22,320 nucleotides of DNA. It comes from Barthelona sp. PAP020. Taxonomy: Eukaryota. Location: assembly GCA_040182905.1 (NCBI GenBank), contig JARQWU010000019.1:62001-84320 (forward strand). Direction: 5' to 3'. This document shows positions 15,001-21,000 of this stretch, one piece after another (within the stretch, counting starts at the first letter, position 1; each line of letters opens with the position of its first letter). The translations under genes and the position numbers were made by a program. The notes beneath the pieces were generated by a model. It did not search any database. It saw only the letters and a list, made by a program, of their open reading frames with translations, and had not been told where the DNA came from.

Positions 15001-18000
15001 TTTATAAAGCAACAGATCAATTGCACTATTTAACACAGTAGCAATCGAACCCAACTTTAAATCTTTGATTTCAAAATCAAAATCAACAACATCATAATTA
15101 GAACCATAAAATATCAATGAATTTGCTTGAATGTCAACTTTACTCTCAACAACGTTTACCAAATCCTCAAAAGTTATTAGAGAACTATCATAGATTAAAG
15201 TTGTTCGTAAAGCACGAATAAAAATCTTCGACTGTAATAAGTCAGCTAATCCTTCAGCAATAAACTGATTCGCTATTGTCTCAATTGATACGTTGACAAA
15301 TGATTTGGCTTTAAAGTTAAAAGAGTCTGTTGAGACATTTGCAATCAACTTCAAATTCTCCACAATGGCATTGGAAGAACCCATTTCTGGAATATTCCCC
15401 ATAATATTTGCATAAATATTTTTTAGATTATTGAAAGTTACTATTGCAGAAGAACCCCCATGTAAAACAATGTCTGAATCAAAAAGGTACCCTGAAACAA
15501 TCTTATATGAACCACTGATAATGCTCCTAAATTTACAATTACGAATATCAATGCTATTCAAAGACATGTCAATACCGTTTGTGAATTCAAAGTCAACACC
15601 CCAAAAATCCTTCAAATTATTGATTGAAACTGTTTCAACATCTGCAATAGTAACATTCCCATTCTTGTAATATTTAAGAGTCCAAATATCAAAAAAGTCA
15701 ATAAAATGCAAATTAAAATTGGTTTCTGTGATCAAATTAGATTGATACAAATAAAGCGTGTCAATTTCAGTAATATTTACATTACTGTTTGAAACTGTTG
15801 TTGAAATGAACTGAAGATCAGTGGAATTTGTAACATTCATAATGTTATTAGAAAACGTTTCTGCCTTAAACAATTGAACATTAGAATTTTGAAGAATGAT
15901 GGAACAACTGTCTATTTTTGTGAATTGCTCAAAAGAATTTGTGACTGACGATTCAAATAAAATGTCGGAAAATGACCATGTGCTAGATTTGGTTTGGAAA
16001 AGTGTGGCAATATTTCTAACTTTAATATCACTGTCATTCAGTTCATTAATCTCCAATGTTCCTTCGTTGTAAAATTTTATTTCAATTTCTATGTCATTCC
16101 AGTTATTACCTTTCAGTAAAGAGACTTCAAGACCATTTGAAATGAAAAATTGGCTGGAGATTGCATCTACTTTTTCATTCAACACCCTACTGGTGACTTG
16201 AAAATTATTGACTTGATCCGCGTTCATCGCAACATTGTTGAAATTGGAAATTTTGAAGAAAAAATTTTCAATTACAAGACATTCAAAAGATGTAAATTTT
16301 GTATGGGATGCATAAAGATTGACAGAATTAACTGTGTTCAATTGAATATACGCAACATGTTCAATGGATTCCTGAACAACCAAATCAAATAAATTGAAAT
16401 CTGAACAACTGATTGAACCAGAAGCTAAAACATTACTATTCAATGAAAACTCATTGGCTAAAGTGGTGGTTGACTCATTATTTGCAGTTACATTAATTTC
16501 AACGGACAAAATGTTATCACTTTTCAAAAATCCCTTGCCAATAGTCTTATTAAATTGTAAATTAATGGTTCCTGTTGAAAGCAATTTATTTGAGTGAACA
16601 AAATCGTCAATCAATATTCCTGAAAAGTCAATAAAGGACAATGCAATTCCTAGATAATTGTAATTTTTGATAAATTTTCCATCAAAGGTATAACTATTGA
16701 TTGTATCAACTTGTAAATCAAGTAAATCAATATATTGTGCTTGAAAACCAAATGTGTTAATGGTATTAGCACTAAAATACACTGTTTTGACCACATCGAA
16801 ATCAAATTTCAAATTATTGGACATAACATTATGCAAGATTGATATATCAACTGAATTAGCAATGAATAACATAATATTTTCAGCATTATCAACATTCCAA
16901 TTAAATAATTGTATAACATTCATATTTGTTGTTATATTAACCGCATTATCATTAGTTAAAACAACACTATTAATATTTGAAATGTGAAATTGTATATTTT
17001 GAAAAATTTTGGAAAAAATATCACAATTATCACCATAGTTCATATAAATATTGCTTGAATCATAAGAACCTTTAATTTTGACCTGATTTACCTTATAAAA
17101 ATCAAGATTTGAATTAAAATGACTTGTTGAAGTCAAATAAAATGCTTCAATATGATTACCAGTGTATTTATTGTCAAAATATGCATAAACACCTTTAACT
17201 ATTGACATATTGTGAATATGATTCATAATTATTTGAGTGTTTGATAGTTGTTTTGTATCTATCACGCAATTTTCATCAATTTCATTGAGAGTATAATAAC
17301 TATTGTTGACATAACTAATTGAAGTAAAATTCACTAAATTACTGGAAGAAATGTCAAACCTAATATCAAACGTTTGAAAATCAACAATACTTACATTGAA
17401 AATATCAGATGTACTCACATTTGAATGAAATAAACTGTGTATATTAACATCCAAAAATTCTATTACATCAACTACAATCAGATTGTTGTAATAAAAAGAA
17501 GAACTTAAATCAGTTCCATTGACAGTCACATTAGAACCATGCTTTAATTCAATTGATGAATAATAAACAGAATTTTCAAAAATTATGTTCAAAAGTTCAA
17601 AATATTCCTCAAAAATTACACCAAACATTATATTTTTTATATTATAATTGATTGAAAGTGAATTTAAACCATTAACAACACAGTGATTAGCAATATCAAC
17701 ATCAAACTCAATAAAATCAACACCTTGATGAATAAACTTCATATCATTAACAAGAGGAGCATGCATTCTATTTAAAACTCCATTATAATGTGATAACGTC
17801 CAATTATCAACTTCAGAAAGAACAGAAACATTGGAATATTGAACATCAGTTAATGCTATGGTTGTTGAAACAATTTTATCAGGACTAAATAAGTAAAATT
17901 TATCTGCATTTTGTGTTGAAATCGATAAATTAAACATTAACAAATCTAAAAAGATAAATGTACTGTTGGGATTGACCAATGATATAATTGAAGATGAAAA

Positions 18001-21000
18001 ACTTGTTTTTAAATCAAAAAGGGTGAAATTTGCTTGATTAATGGTAACATACCAGTGATCTATAGATTTCAATGTAATATTAAAATCACCAATGTTATTC
18101 ATTTGTAATTCATTGTTTACACTATTTAATTGACTGTTTATAATAGTTACGTTCCCACCAACAATCATCTTCCAATACATGTTGTCAAAACTATCAACAA
18201 AAAATGGGAAAATCTTAAAAATATTCACAAAACTAAAGTAACTATCATTAAAATAACTGTTTAAGGCATCGTCAACGAAAAATTCATCAACATTGTTCAT
18301 AACCAATTGAGTGTGTTCAAACATGCTTGAGTATAAAGTTAAAAAAGCCACTTCTTCAATATTCATCACGGTATGCTTGAAATCAATCAATTGATGAAAA
18401 GTTTCATCAGTCAATTTAACTTCAACACTATCAACAATATTCAAATTTTTAGAACAATAGGAAGTTATTCCCAGTGTTAGATATGAATCATGTTGAAAAT
18501 CAAAAACACCAGAATGACATTCAGGATGCTTCAATTCTTTAAATTCAAAATATTTGATTTCATACACACGTAGAATACCATACAAAGGTAAAATTGTCCC
18601 GAATATAGAAAATCCCTTTTGTAACACCAATTCACCCCAAATTTCAAGAGAATCAATGTCAATTTTGAAAGTTGTTGTCAAATCCAACAATATCAATGAT
18701 GTTGATGAAACATAAAACTTTTCAAAATCGTTTGCCACCCGAGATAATTCACTGAATACAAAAGTTCCTCCAAAATGTTCAAATGACCTATTTAAATCAT
18801 AGTAACCATCATATTGAATGTGTGAGTCATTATAAGCGCCTTGAATTGTTCCTAATCCATGAAATTCAGTGGTTTCTGGAATAACTAATGACCTGTAAAC
18901 ATACATATATCCTTCAAATTGAAAGATACCCTCAAATCTACAACCTGTTCCCAAGACATGAATTTGAACATCAGAACCCATGCTAAAAGTGTCAGTTTTT
19001 GAGATCATTGCAATTCTAGAACCTAAAATTAATGTTCCTTCATTCATGACGACATTATCTTCAAAAATGACCTCACCCAACAAAACATCGTTATTCAAAT
19101 CGCTCACATAAATATCTCGAAAGCATTGTTCTGTAGTTGGTATAGGAAATTCATTCGTTGATAATGTAAAATCAGTCAATGAATAAGCATGAAAATCAAA
19201 AGGTATAGATTCAACACCTAAGACAAAAGTACATACACGTCTTTCAACAATATTCTCCTCATATACAATTTCATAGCCCAAATCGTTATCAGCACCAACA
19301 ATATGCATTTCATATTCAATCACATCTTTAATTTCATCAGATACATATTTGATAGGCCACCAAGCATGTGTTAGATCAGAAAATCGATTGATGTTACTGT
19401 GAACAAATGACTGACAAGAAACAGTAGAGCAAACATCATCTTCCAACACATAAGTAGAATATTCTATTGCATTAATTAACTCATTTCCCAAACAACAAAC
19501 TCGAGGGGGAAACAAAGAATCAACAACCATATCATTGGACAAAGATAGAGCATCAAGAAAGACCAACTTTCCTTCTGGTGCAACTTTTATCTCGTTGTCA
19601 CCAAATTCAGAAGGATTGATGTGTATCTCAGCATTAGAACCAACAAACACATCACAAGATTCAGTGATGTATGAATGAGCAGATACCTCTGGTGTAAAAA
19701 ACCTTCCTTTTGCAACAACGTGATCATATCCTTTCAATAATTTAACATCACAAACATACGTGAAATCAGCTTCACTGTCCCATATACCACCATACCATTC
19801 AAATAGCTTATCAAAAACCAGAAAATCAGTAATTCGAATCAAAGGAACGTTCCAGAACCTTGCATGATGAACTAAAAGATTCATTCCTGATGCAATATCG
19901 AAATCACCTCCACCCAAGAACAACTCATGAATTTCAAATGCTTGTTCAGTATTATTCAAAATAAATGAGCCACCAGTATGATTGATATACCATGGAAAGT
20001 ACATATTGGTATCATCTCTATAAATAACTCCATATTCAAACTCTGTAGAACCACCTGATTGATTGAACTTAAATCCATCAACAGGATCAATAATTTGACA
20101 ACCAAATCTGAAGTAAATATCTCCACCTTGATGGTCATACACCTGCAAATAATTTATCACAGAATCGGAAGTAAAGTCAACAGTACCATTATATACCGAC
20201 ATTAAATATGTGTTAAAGTCAATAGATCGAATAACAACAGAACCATTGTAAACATACATATGCCCCATTTGATATATTGAGGACATTGTAGTGTACAAAA
20301 TATTCTTGTTTACCCCTTTATATTCAATGTTTGAAAGAGTGTTCAATTGATATATATCTCCATAGAAATCAACAGAATCATAAAACGTAATATTACCATA
20401 TATAAACAAGGGAAACCCCATATGTCTGAAGTAAACTTCACAAATGAAATCGCTATGGTCAGAAAAATAAATAGTACCATAATTTCGAAGGGAAGCCATA
20501 TTATCAACATCATCATTCTCAGTTTTAGGTAGGGTTAAAATGTTGAAATTGGTAAACGTTACACTGGCAGCACTGTTAATAGAAATATAAGCCCCTAAAT
20601 TCAGAAAAATATATCCATCAGAAAAAGCATTTATTCCACCAGAAATTAATAAAGTGTTAAAAGAATTCATCGATCTATCACCATTACCTTCACAAATAAT
20701 TTTGGAAACAGTAAGCGAAGCATAACCAGAGAAGTTTCCACTATTCCAATTGAAATTTTGAATCGAAAAAGACCTACCATAACTAAATACCAAAACAGGT
20801 GTGTTGATGGAATCACCTAAAGTAAATGTTCCAATATTCATTGATCGCCCGACATTTACAGTCGCATTTGTATTTATTAATATATTGTCACCATCAATGG
20901 GTACATTATTCGTATTCCAACATGACAAATCAAAAAAATCCGATTCTTCAAAACAAATAAACTCATGGTCTACTGAATATACAGCGCATATCAAAAAAGT

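Noticed and set aside
3951..20138. Minus-strand short ORFs 3951-4160, 6270-6557, 13059-13250, 19956-20138
   Set aside because: They are out of frame with and nested inside the giant ORF. Their Leu/Ile/Met-rich composition is the typical artefact of a shifted frame.
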